A stretch of 63,988 nucleotides of DNA, counting the filler, from Folioceros fuciformis (lineage: Eukaryota): NCBI GenBank assembly GCA_049999805.1. It is 9 parts of 9 records of this genome, joined end to end, with 100 filler letters (N's around TTAATTAATTAA, not from the genome) between each part and the next. Parts side by side here need not be neighbours in the genome. Positions count along the whole stretch, not along the records: positions 1 to 3,833 come from JBNGIO010001769.1; positions 3,934 to 7,208 come from JBNGIO010001770.1; positions 7,309 to 16,595 come from JBNGIO010001772.1; 6 more parts are not named here. The stretch is one strand, 5' to 3'. Of this stretch, positions 1-11,500 are shown one piece after another; the stretch's first letter is position 1; every line of letters starts with the position of its first letter. The notes below the pieces were generated by a model. That model did not search any database. It saw nothing but the letters and a program-made list of their open reading frames with translations, and was not told the origin of the DNA. Both the position numbers and the translations under genes were made by a program.

Positions 1-113
1 AGAAAATCAAGGAAAATTAGGGAAAAATAAGTTGAAAAAGAAAACCAAACCATACCACTATTAACCCTTTTTCAACCAAAACAAACTACTACCCCAAATT
101 TTGGAGGTTCACA
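1..113. mobile_element. Terminus of LTR-like repeat family B (ends ...TTTGGAGGTTCACA)
   Basis: Near-identical to 37436-37546 and to the reverse complement starting TGTGAACCTCCAAA at 40207. Similarity ends sharply at CA in each copy. Confidence 0.75.
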
Positions 114-2026
114 ACCACCCTCCAGGTACTGTGACTGATGGTCTACTGGTTGACGCTCCTGGAAGTGTGCCTCACATCCATGTAGAGTGTGGACAACAAA
201 GGAGGCGGTTGGGAAAGAAGTTAGGAGATCCTTTACTGCGTAAGGAGCTGGACAAAAAGTCCTCAGCCCGCAAGGACCTTATAGCCGGTGACTTTCCCCG
301 CTATGAGGATGTGACCAAAGTGCCTGGGAGCTGAATATCAGGACGGCCAGGGGAGCTCTCAGATCAGAATAGGACGAGCGCCAAAGTTGGTGATGGGGCG
401 AAAAGCGGACATACTGCTCTTAACGAGGATGGCAAGGAGCAGGCTGCTTCTCAACAGGGAGACGAGCGGGAGGGACTTGGGCGTGCCCCGTCTCGGGAGG
501 AGCAGGGGGAACCTGACCCCAAACAGGTTGTCCCCCCCCTAGGGCAATTCTTGGTTCAACACAACCTTGATGTGGTGACTGGCGTGTTAGGGGCTGAAGC
601 TCCTAGTGGTGTTACACACTCTCCTTCCGTGAAAGAAAAGCTTGAGGGTGGAAGCAACGGGGCTGTGCCTGAGTCTGGGTGCAACAATGGGTGTAACGGG
701 CAACAGGGTGCTATGGCTGCAGGTGAAGAACTCCTCGTGGTTTGGTTTAAAGCCTCAGCCCTTGAACAGGAAGGTCCCCATAGTCCTGGCGGGGGAGGTG
801 CTACCTTAGGCAGTGGAAGAGGTGTGCAGCTCAAGGAGTTCGGCGAGTCCAAGCGGGCCTTGGGTCCACTGAAAAACCTGGCTCAGCAAGAGCAGGGTGG
901 ACTTTCTTCGAAGTTGTGTGTCGATGCTGAGCACAACCTCTGGTTGATGACAGGGGATTGCTCGGGGCAGGATGTCGCTGCTGCTCAGCAGAAACCAATA
1001 GACAGCACGAGTGTTGGGTTGGTAGGTGAAAGGGCGACGTGTGATCCAGGATGCGGGCCTATAGGGTTGCTCAAGAACATCCCCTCCGCACCGATGAAGA
1101 CAAGCATAGGTAGCTGCCAGCTACCGGGGTCTTCTCTTGCACCAACCCAGCGATCAGGTGCTGGAATCAAGGGCTTGGAACCCTCTGAGAAATCTCAGCA
1201 GTCTCCGCTCGAGCAGGACCACCAAGGAGGTAGGCAGTCTATGCTGGGAGAGGCTAGAGCGTAGCCGGCTCTCAGCGATGGAAATTTTCAAGTAGTGTTT
1301 ACCCAAGAGGGTGCATCGAGATCGGCTGCTTTGGAGCATGCTTCATGTCAAAAGACAGTTTTTGGGGCAACTCCTTGGGAAGCGATCATGGATCAACAGG
1401 TGGAGAATCTGGCAGCTGTGTCAATGACAGGTCCTGAGGTGACAGGCAGGCAAGCTGAAGGGGGCTTATCCGATTCAACAGCAAGGGGATGGGCTGCTCA
1501 TGCGAGAGGCGGTAGGGCATCGCCGGGCAAGGAGAGCAGGTCGGGTCCTTCGTCTCAGGAGGATCTCATGGCTCAGGACGGGAAGAATATACAAACTGGT
1601 AGCCTGATGGCGGGGTCTGGCTTCTCATCCGTGCTGCTTGGCGGGAAAGAGAAAGAAGTGTCGGTGGAGCCTCCTGTTTGGGATCCCAACGCTGAGATAG
1701 GGAGGACCAGCTTGGTGAGCGCTCCAAATGTGCAGCAGCTACCTTTTTCCCCCGAGACTTTTGGTAGCTACAACCTGCGTGAACACGACAATGGAAATCC
1801 TCCGGAGGTGGGGGAAGGTGCTACTTACTCCTCCCACTGCGATGAAGTGGGGGGTTGAGGTTTCTGTGGAGAATGGTGGCATCGTGCTGGGGATCCAACT
1901 TACCGATGGACCCCAAGGACAGAAGGTGGCTCTGGATCCCCCTATGGAAAACTTGCAGGACGGAGCTTCCCCACCCCTGGACGAGCATCGGGCTTGGGAG
2001 GAATTCGATGTGTTGCCTAACAGCTC
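114..2026 (+). pseudogene. Degenerate GC-rich low-complexity ORF remnant, probably TE-derived
   Basis: Consecutive + strand ORFs (551-1264, 1295-1858) broken by stops. No recognisable domain. Lies between two LTR-like termini. Confidence 0.25.
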
Positions 2027-3833
2027 TGTGAGCAAAAAAAAACTTTCGGAACCCCCATTTTGAGCGAGGGAATGAGCAGGTTGTGATTTTTTTTGTGAAG
2101 GGACAGGCGAATCGGCTTAGTAAGCGAGTAAAACCGGGGTGTTTACCCCCAAAGTCCACCTTGGGCTTCGGGGTTTGGGGGGTACGGGAGATCGGGACAA
2201 GGAGGGGGAAGCAGCGAGTGCCTCCTTGGCCCTCGGGTCATTGAGAACATTAAGGTAGGCAAAGTAAGGGCCCGAGGTGACGGAGCAACGGTAGCCGGCA
2301 GGGCAACCGTTACCGGAGGGACGACTAGAGGTAGCCCGACGGGCGTAAGGGGAGAAAGCAGGCAGGGTATAAAAACCATAGAGAAAGGGGAGCTCTGTCT
2401 AGCATCCGAAAGTACGGGGAGCGGGAGTAACTTGAAGCGTGAAGCGGCTAAAAGAGGGGAAAGCGCCAGGACGACGGGAGAGACGGCGCAGGGTGTGAAA
2501 GGAGGAGGACAGGCAGGATGAGGGCGCGGCCTGAACAGATCCTTGGAGCAGCAGCCTCTGGACAGGAGGGGGGGCCTCCTGTCCCCCGAATTGACCTACT
2601 CTTGTGGCCCAATATGGAGCACTAGAGGGTCAGGGCAGGGAAGTTGGTGGCAGAGCGGGGTCTGAGCTTTATGACCCAGAAGTGGAACCATGCAGCACCC
2701 CAACTGGTCAGGGAGTGCGCCCTGAGGCTGATAGAGCCTGTACGCGAGGAGGGGATAAGAGGCATACCCCAGGAATGGAGCCTAGAGTTGATTAGGAAGG
2801 TCTACAGGCGCGACCAACAGGAGGAGGGGGGACTGGTGCTGGCTGGAGTCCCTGAAGAAGCGTGGCAGGACGGGAGCCGCGGAAACGTTGCTCAAGGCAG
2901 GCACAAAAAAGGAAGCGAATGGGTGGCTGGTGCGCGACATGGCAAGTCCCCAGTTGTTGGGATTGGCCAGGTGGTTCCTGAGCTTCTTCCGGGTGCGTAA
3001 ACAGGATTATCTGTCCGACCAGATGCTCTTGTTTGTGCATGAAGTAGTGAAGGGTACCAGGATCGACTTGGGGTGGATTTTATATGTCCGGATGGATGAG
3101 GAGAGGCAGAACCTGATCCGACCCGATCCTGAACCTTCTATGATTTCCCCGTTCCTAATCCATGTGTACAGTTACGCTAACCTAGTCACTGAGTTAGAAA
3201 TGCTGGCCTCGCTGCACCTGTGGAAGCCAGTTCGCAATGTGAAGTGGAAGCCCGCTGAGCCAGCAAGGGCTGCCTCCAGCAGTTGGGAAGCTGACAGTGG
3301 GAATAGCTCGCAGGAGGAACCCCCGTCAAGCCCAGGAAGAGGATGGTGCTACAGAAGAAGACTTTTGTCAAGAGGAAAAGGGCCAGAGGACAAAGTGTGA
3401 GCATGGGGGCTGATCAAGAGGAAGAGGGGGCAACCCTGGAGCAGAAGGGCCAGCAGGACGGAGGACGAGAACCAGCAGTCCAGGGAATTGAGGACCGAAG
3501 GTTGGAGGAGCAAGGTCAGGGTGAGACAAGACTTGAGGGGCCACAGGATCAGGTGATGGCAACGGACACAGTTTCCTCCAGACAGGAGGATAAGTTAGGG
3601 CGCGTTTCAGCATAGGAGGGTTTCTCAGGGTGGGAGGACATTTTTAGGTGCAAGCCTCAGAGAGACAGGTTGCAGGTGGGGGACCTGGACAAGTTGCGAG
3701 AATTCCTGGGCAGACAAATCACGGCAAGAGGAATGGGCACCGGAGGGTGTAGGAGGTGGACCTGCTCGGGCTGACTGTTGCGATGGTGCAAGCCCAAGCA
3801 GACCTCCTGGATCAGGCTGCTAGGGCCCTGACC
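2027..3833. mobile_element. Retroelement family A copy 1: TG terminus plus decayed accessory ORF on +
   Basis: Starts TGTGAGCAAAAAAAAACTTTCGGAACCCCCATTTTGAG, like copies at 6296, 8516 and 62441. Frameshifted ORF from ATG 2518 (WPNMEH...WNHAAPQLVRECAL...KQDYLSDQMLLF...SMISPFLIHVY) is shared with the other copies. Confidence 0.8.
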
Positions 3834-3933
3834 NNNNNNNNNNNNNNNNNNNNNNNNNNNNNNNNNNNNNNNNNNNNTTAATTAATTAANNNNNNNNNNN
3901 NNNNNNNNNNNNNNNNNNNNNNNNNNNNNNNNN
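3834..3933. other. Artificial assembly spacer; others at 7209-7308, 16596-16695, 32972-33071, 37174-37273, 41138-41237, 48713-48812, 62716-62815
   Basis: Identical 100-nt N-run with a central TTAATTAATTAA, which gives stops in all six frames. Confidence 0.98.
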
Positions 3934-4316
3934 AAGTGGAGGGTGAAGGACTGAAGTGAAAAGGAAGGGACTGAAGTGGGGATCTTGGAGGACTGAAGTA
4001 AGGAGGAAGGGATTAAAGTGGGAATCAAGAAGAGCTGGAGGACTGAAGAAACAGGAGTGTGAGTTGGGTGAGCTGACTTAGGGGGTAGGTTAGGCTTCTA
4101 GCCCTTTTGTTGTGAGTGTATGGACAGACCTATAGACCGGCTGATAGGTAGAAGTGTGATAGGTAGCGTTCCTTGGCACTAGTTCACTCCCTTGGGAGCG
4201 AACCATAGGACTGCAACGACAATAGGGGAATGTGTGGCCCCTTGGGTGGTTCTTGGGTGCAAGAAATCACTCCACACATATCCCAATTGCTAGGGTTACG
4301 ATTCTTGTTTCTGACA

Positions 4317-5363
4317 TCACACCTGCGGAAATTGGGAACCTGGGCGGAACAGGAGGGTGCTGATCAGTATCGGCATACTCAAACTCACCACGATTGAAGC
4401 GGTGCCTTTCCATTGTTGCCCCAAAATGAATGTCTTCACGTGACCTGCCCCTCAGACCTCCCATGGCAGCAGTTGGTGTTGTGTGGGATTGAAGTTGAGG
4501 TGCGGTCACTGTAGGTTGACTAAACCTGATGCCTAAAGTCAAGCGGGTATGATGAGATGAAGCAGCCGCCGCCACTGTCACTGTCCCTAATGTAGGTTCT
4601 CGATGTCTTGGTTCAAGCACAGCCATGGTGGTGCCTTAGGGTCTCCCTCACGGCCGCCTTAAGTTGCTTGCTCTTCTTGTACTCTATCTCGCTGTTTGTG
4701 CAAGTTGATGTGCTCTTGCACCTTCCACAAAGTCAGTTGCTCTAGTTGTTGCTGCTGTGAAGCGCCCTAGCTGATCCCATTGGTAGATGCGCCGCTTTGA
4801 GGAGACGCGCTTTCCTCAGACCTTGAAGACGCCATGTTCTTTGAGGAGTCGAGCTTGTGCCCTATGAGCCTAGCCACTATATGCCATGGGGCGTAAACAA
4901 GAGCTACTAAAACAGCGAACCTGTATAGAGCTAACTTCACACCGTCCCGCTCCATTGGGAGCCTAAGCCACACAGAGTATACTCACGCTCAAGGAAGAAG
5001 CCCAGCTGAACTCACAGTCTCCACAGGCTACTCACGAAGGAGAAGACTGACCGACCCATAATAATCAACAAGTGGGAGTGATGAGAATAGGTGCTGATTT
5101 ATTAGGGTTCAGTAATATCAGCATTTATAGTATGTGTGTATAGGGCTATTATGATTATCATTTTAATACCCCTTCATTAAGAGTCATGTCCCTTAGTGAA
5201 AGGTTATGTCTATCCATAACAACTTAAGTTCAGTTAGCCACTTTTGATAAGTGCTCTTACTGTAATATTCTTTTATCAATAATATAATTGTTTAATATAG
5301 CAATTGATCTACTCCAATTCATTCCAATATTTGTCAAGGCTGTCCTCTTACGAAACTCTAACA
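4317..5363 (+). mobile_element. 3' end of an LTR retrotransposon: antisense ORF remnant, PPT and 3' LTR (5079-5363)
   Basis: Purine tract AAGTGGGAG directly followed by TG at 5079; the AT-rich segment ends CTCTAACA at 5363. The same PPT motif occurs in the Copia at about 39694-39701. Minus-strand ORF pieces at 4267-4973. Confidence 0.5.
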
Positions 5364-5579
5364 TGTGATGCACTCATGACTGGATTCTAAATTTAGGTTT
5401 CATCCACTGAGAGCACCACAATGTTGACCTACTGTGTACAGGAGACAGTAAAGCAAGCCCTATTTTTTATGCTGACAGTTGGGCCAAGTATGGACTGCTG
5501 CATACGCTGGGCAAGTTGCCTTCATGAGGACTTAACTAGGTAGGTCAAGGACTAGTAGTGGGCATGGAAAATGCCCTTA

Positions 5580-6295
5580 GCCCAAGGGCTTCTAAGTGTT
5601 TGTAATGCTTCTCCTTGGACAGCCCCTTAGTAAAGATGTCATTAGTGTTTTCATTGGTACTGACGTACTAAACTCTCACCATGCCCCTTTTAGCTACATC
5701 ACGAACATAATGGTGATAAAGCTCAATATGTTTGGTTTTGGCATGGAACCTTGGATTTTGGACAAGTGCAATAGCCGACATGTTGTCACATAACAAAGTA
5801 GTTGGGCCATTCTGAGGTAAGTGTATTGCGTCCAAGAATTGCCTCTCCCATTCTAATTCCTTGCATGCATCTGTCAGGGCTTTGTACTCAGCTTCAGTGG
5901 ACGACAACGCCAAGGATGTTTGCTTTTTACAAGACCAGCTCACAACTCCTGTAGCCAATAGGAAGACATATGTTGAGAGACTCTTACGGGAGTTGGCATC
6001 AGATGCCTAGTCAGCATCTACGAAGGTCATCAATAAGAGCTGTTGCTGTCCACTAGCCACATAATGTAATCCAAAAGTGAGAGTGCCTTTCAAGTATCTA
6101 TATATGTGCTTAACAGTTGACTAGTGGGCTTTGCTAGGATTTTTTAGAAACTGTGACACTATACTAACAGAGTAAGATATGTCAAGACTTGTCCAGTTGG
6201 CTAGAAAGATCAGGCAGCCGACGGCTTCAGCATATGGCACAGTTGACATTGTTAGCTTGTCATCATCAACAAGTGGAGATTGTTCCTTGGTAAGT
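5580..6295 (-). mobile_element. Ty1/Copia pol remnant (RT C-terminus and RNase H)
   Basis: VPYAEAVGCLIFLA...DISYSVSIVSQF and SWSCKKQTSLALSSTEAEY...LLCDNMSAIALVQNPRFHAKTKHIE motifs, with in-frame stops. Interrupted at 6296 by family A. Confidence 0.92.
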
Positions 6296-7208
6296 TGTAG
6301 AGGAAAAAAACTTTTGGGACTCCCATTTTGAAGAACAGAATGAACAGGTTGTGGTTTTTTCATGAAGATACAAATGGATTGGCTTAGTATGGAAATAATA
6401 CTTGGGTATTTATACCCAAAAGGCTCCTTGGCCCTTGGTGATCTGATAGGATTGAGTGACGGGACCAAGGAGAAGTGTGGGGGAGGGTGTCCTTGGCCCT
6501 TGGTAGTGCTGGGGCTCTTAGGTGTCTATATATGTACCCCCCCCTGGAAAATAAGAAGTAGAAAATGGGGTAGGGGCTTAGGTAGTTGTGGACTTAGGCA
6601 AAAAATCGGAGTGGGATAACTAGGAGACGGTAGTCGGTTGGGAGACTGTCGTGGAAGGGAAACCGGCAGTAGCCCAACTGGCGGTAGTGGAACGGGAACG
6701 GCAGCATAAAACCCTAGGGTGAATCAGGCGAGGACTTGAGCAGTAATCGAGGCAGAAACTTTCGCGAGTTGGAGCAGGAGCGGGAGTAGCCGTGAAGCGC
6801 GACGACGGCCGGAGGGGAGCAGAAGCTTAGGTAGTACAGCAGAGCGGGTGGAGAGCGCCGGCGACCACAAGCGCAGGAGGATAGCAGGGTTCAGATTACG
6901 GGGAAGAATCAGGCAGGATGAGGTCACGGCCATAGTTGCTGCCGGGAGTAACGGTACCTTAGCAGGAGGGAGACTCCCCTATACCGAGGATTGACGTGCT
7001 CTTGTGGCCCAACATGGAGCACTGGAGAGTCAGAGCCAGAGGACTAGTCGGAGAACTAGGCCTCGGGTTCATGACCCAGAGGTGGAATCATGCGGCGCCG
7101 CAACTGGTTAGGGAGTGCGCCCTGAAAATGAGAGAGCCTGTCCGAGAAGGGGGAATTCGCGGGAGACCCCAAGCATGGAACTTGGAGCTGGTAAGGCGAG
7201 TGTATGGC
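6296..7208. mobile_element. Retroelement family A copy 2, nested in Copia RT
   Basis: TGTAGAGGAAAAAAACTTTTGGGACTCCCATTTTGA terminus. ORF LWPNMEHWRVRARGLVGELGLGFMTQRWNHAAPQLVRECAL runs into the gap. Confidence 0.85.
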
Positions 7209-7308
7209 NNNNNNNNNNNNNNNNNNNNNNNNNNNNNNNNNNNNNNNNNNNNTTAATTAATTAANNNNNNNNNNNNNNNNNNNNNNNNNNNNNNNNNNNN
7301 NNNNNNNN

Positions 7309-7665
7309 GAAAGAAATCAGGGAGAAGACGGAGGCAGGCCTGACCCTGCATCAGCCGAATCCTCCAGCTCGCCTCATGCTCCTTCTGTGCTTGCCCTCAG
7401 TCCCATCACCCGGTCTACCTGCAATGTGGATCCAAAAGAAGAAGTAGGATAAAGAGATGGAGAGGGAAGGGGAAGAAGAGGAAGCGGGACAAGAAGGGAA
7501 TGGAGGAGGAAGGGAGAAAGGGAGAAAGGGGGAGGGGGATGGGGGCGGCCACAACCCCTACCTCTAGCCCTAGCTAGGGAATGACCTCCATGACCGTTCA
7601 GGCCAGCCAGGCAATCAGCCAGCCTGACGTTAGACCCTGACCCCTGAAATTGACATACCCCATAT
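7309..7665 (-). mobile_element. Fragment of repeat family B
   Basis: Reverse-complement match to about 40560-40910; both read VRLADCLAGLNGHGG...PPPFPSCPASSSSPSLSISLS. Confidence 0.8.
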
Positions 7666-8515
7666 ATTCCCACTAGTTACCCCATATATTGCCCACTAGT
7701 TCATACCTCCAAACAAGCTGGTTGTAGAAACCCACGGTGTGGGTAAGGCAATTGCCATGTGACACCATGAACGTCCACTTACCCACTTCGAGTCGGAAAA
7801 TCTTGCATGTCGTACTTTTTTGACAAATGCTTGCATGCATTTGGCACATTGTGAGAAATCTTCAAACCCCTTCAAAAATGACCATCCTCAAACACGGCCA
7901 TACAGTGTGGTTGCCCGCATCACCCTACAGCCCTAGATGCTAATTCCACCCCTCATTCACAATGGCACCAATGTGGATCAAATGTCGCCTAGTCCCCGCA
8001 CCAAGTCCCCATTCCCTGCTGATATGCCCTTCCTACAAGCCACGAGGAAGGAAAATGGGAGGCACAGGAATTGTAGCATTCGTTTGCAATCTTTGCCTTG
8101 AAGACAATTGCATGGACATTGTGCCGTGACCCAGGCAAGAAGGGCTTGCAGGAGTGGCACCCCATTCCCCTTAAAAAACGTAATGAGTTTTGGGAGTGAT
8201 AGCATAGGAAATCATGCTACGTCATAGTAGCCATCATCACTCCTATGCATGTAGGGCCCTCCAGACTTCCAATGTGATTAAATTAACATGCTCCCGTGGA
8301 GAAGGCATAACAATAACTGTAACATCATAGGTGGCTTTGTTTCCACACGGACACCGAGCCTCTGCGTGTTACAAAGTGGGTGGGTTGTAACATGTATTGT
8401 AAAAAAGAAGTGTAATATGACACCCATAAACCTAGTATTGCTTTCGTCCCCAAGTGACTTTAAAGTTCCAAGACTTAAAAATTAAACCTTTCATCCTAAT
8501 TGTGATCTCCTCCTT

Positions 8516-11500
8516 TGTAGAGGGAAAAACTTTCAGAACTCCCATTTTGAGAGACAGAATGCACAGGTTGTGATTTTTTTTGTGAAAGTGCGAGTGAACT
8601 GGCTTAGCTTGTGAATAAGACTTGGTTATTTATATCCAAAGTCTCCTTGGCCTTTGATATTTTGACTGGACTGAGTGACAGGACCAAGGATGGGTGTGAG
8701 CGAGAGTGTCCTTGGCCTTTGGTGGTAAGGGGGTACCAAGGGGTCTATATATGCACCCCCCCCCCTAAAAATAAGAAAATAAGAGGGTCATAGACCTAGG
8801 TAGTTGTGGACTTAGGCTAGAAAATTGGGAAGTTGTGACTCGGCGACAGTAGTGGAAGTTGAACCACCATCGTGGAAGGGGAACAAGCGGTAGTGTAACC
8901 GGCGGTAGTGGAACGGGAATGGCCAGTATAAAACCCTAGGCGAGTGAGGGGAACTTAGTCGATATTTGATCAGGAGCGTGACCGCGAGTCGAGGAACGGG
9001 AGAGGAAGTAGCAGTGGAGCGCGACCTCAGCCAGGAGCAGAGTAGGCGCAGCTGCAGCGGAGCAAAGCGGACGGAGGACAACGGGGGATAAGTGGAGCAC
9101 AGGAGAGCAGCGACGATCAAGAGCGTGCAGGCAGGCAAGCGGGATGAGGACCGTTTTGGCACCGCTGCCAGGAGTAACGGCGGCTGGAGAGGAGGAGGAA
9201 CCTCTTGTCCTGAGGATCGATGTGGCCTTTTGGCCAAATATGGAACACGGGAGGGTCAGAGTCGGAGGGCTGGCCGAAGAGCTAGGCCTCGGGTTCATGA
9301 CCCTGAGGTGGAACCATGTTGCTCCGCGGCTAGTCAAGGAGTGTGCTCTAAGATTGAGGGTGCTAGTCCATGAAGAAGGGATCAGAGGCAGACCTCAGGA
9401 CTGGAACCTAGAGCTGGTGAGGCGTGTGTACGGGCGCAACTAGGGGGAAGAGGGTGGACTCGTGCTGGAGTTCCTGAAGAAGCGCAGCACCGCACCAGCC
9501 GCTGCGGCGCTGTTCAAGACAGGCACAAGACGGGAAGCCAATGGATGTCTGATCCGCGACATGGCCAATCCTTAGCTGATGGGCCTGGCGAGATGGTTTT
9601 TAAGCTTCCTGCAGATTTGCAAGCAGGACTACTTGTCCGACCAGATGCTCCTGTTCGCACACGAGGTCGTCAAAGGCAGTAAGGTGGACTGGGAAAAAAT
9701 CTTGTATGAGAGAATGAACGAGGAGAGGCAGAATTTGACCCTACCCTCTCCTCGACCTTCGATGATTTCTCCCTTGTTAATGCACATCTATTGTTATGCT
9801 AACCTTCTGCCTGCACTTGAGGTAGTTGCCTCTGTCCATATGTGGAGGCCACTGAGGAAGGTTAAGTGGAAACCCGTAGAGCTAGAGTAAGCCGACTCCA
9901 GCAGCTGGGAGTCGGGAGGCACGGACAGCTAAGAAGAGGAAACCCACGAAACAGAAGAGGAAGGTGGGGATAGGGAAGAGGACTCCTGCCAAGAGGAGAA
10001 AGGCTAGCGGACAGGTCACCAGAAGGGGGAGCGGGATAGCGCAGCGGGAATCAGCCCCGGAACAGACTGAGCTAAACCAAGAAACTATCTAGGAACCGAC
10101 GGAGCAGGGAAAGGCCGAGGAGGAACCAAAGGCACCTCAGGAACAGGTGTTGTGCCTGAGGTCATGGCCGAATTGGGGCACGTTCCGGAACAAGAAGCCT
10201 TCCCGGGATGGGAAGAAATCTTTAGAAGAATTCCTTTGATGGACAGGTTGCAGGCAGGAGACCTGGAGAGGCTGCGAGCGTTGCTGGGGAGGCAGATGAC
10301 GAACAGGGAAATGGCCCCTATGGGTTTATTGTAGGAGGTGGACTTGTCGAGATTGACCTCAGCGATGGTGCAGGCTCAGGCGGATTTGCTGGACCAGGCG
10401 GCCAAGGCGTTGACCTCGTTGAGTATGCAGGCAGAGCGGGAGGCTGAGGCCCGGGGCAAGGAGGCGGAAGCACGAGAGGAGGCCAAAGCTTGGAGGAAGC
10501 TAGCGGAGTATGAGATGGCATGGCGGCTCCTAAAAGAGAGGCAGCAGGTCCTGAGTGCGGCCAAGGCGCAAGTGGAGGAAGAAGTGCACCAGGTGAGGGC
10601 AGAAGTTCAAGCGCTAAAGGAGCAGCAGGAGTCACTCCTAGCTTAGGTGAGGGAAGCCCATGGAACTAACTTGGAGATGCAACAGGAGGTAGCCAGGGCA
10701 TAGGAGCAGGAAGCGGCCTTGGTGGAGCAGGCCCAGAAACTGGCCGATAGGTACAAGTGAGAACGGGACGAGGCCAGAGAGTGGGAGAAGGCGAAGGGCA
10801 AAACACAGCGAGGTAGCCAAAGAGGCTACTGGTAGAGGAGAGACAACGCCGGTAGCGGAAGCCCCGACCCCAGTAGCCGAAGAGGTGGTGGTGGAAGCGC
10901 CTGCGACCCGACGTTCTGGAAGGGCAAACTCGAGCCAGGAGGACTGAGCAAGGGGGAGCAGCAGCTAGGGGAGCGGAGGATCCTCCAGTACCCCAGGAGA
11001 GCAGAGGGCAGGCAGCCCAAGGTAGCCCAAGGGAGGAAGGGGTAAGCACTTCCTTTGCAACAGAGAGTCGGGTTGTGCTGTAGTATGAGGAGGAGGCCAC
11101 TTATGTGCCAGGCCTCTATGTGGAAGGAGCCCGAGTTCTGAAAGTGTTTTTATATGTGCGTATGGGCTTAGGAGGGACGCGGGGCTACAGCATGCAACTG
11201 AGGACCCGCAGGGGGTCCTACTACTACCGCTGGTGGGTGTGGGGACTGCCTCATTGCTATTCTGAGGCAGTCCTGGAGGAGCTGACAGAGGAGGAGGCGC
11301 AGCAGTGGGTTGAGCGGGAACCCGTCCTCATCCTCAGCAATCGGCGATGGAGGGAGGAGGAGTCCCCTACGACGGGACCCACCTGCACTGCCGCCAGCAA
11401 GGTCCAGCAGCAGCAGCAGTGAGGTGGAGGTCCTCTGGGAGGATCTGCTCGACCAACAGCGGGCTAGGAGGGCTAGAGGCGGGCCAATGAGGGGGGGAGT

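Noticed and set aside
3878-3889. Recurrent palindromic TTAATTAATTAA motif
   Set aside because: Always centred in 100-nt N-runs, so it is an artificial contig linker, not biology.
7700-8500. Possible transposase remnants here and at 32200-32970
   Set aside because: Only scattered Cys/His patterns; no motif could be identified with confidence.
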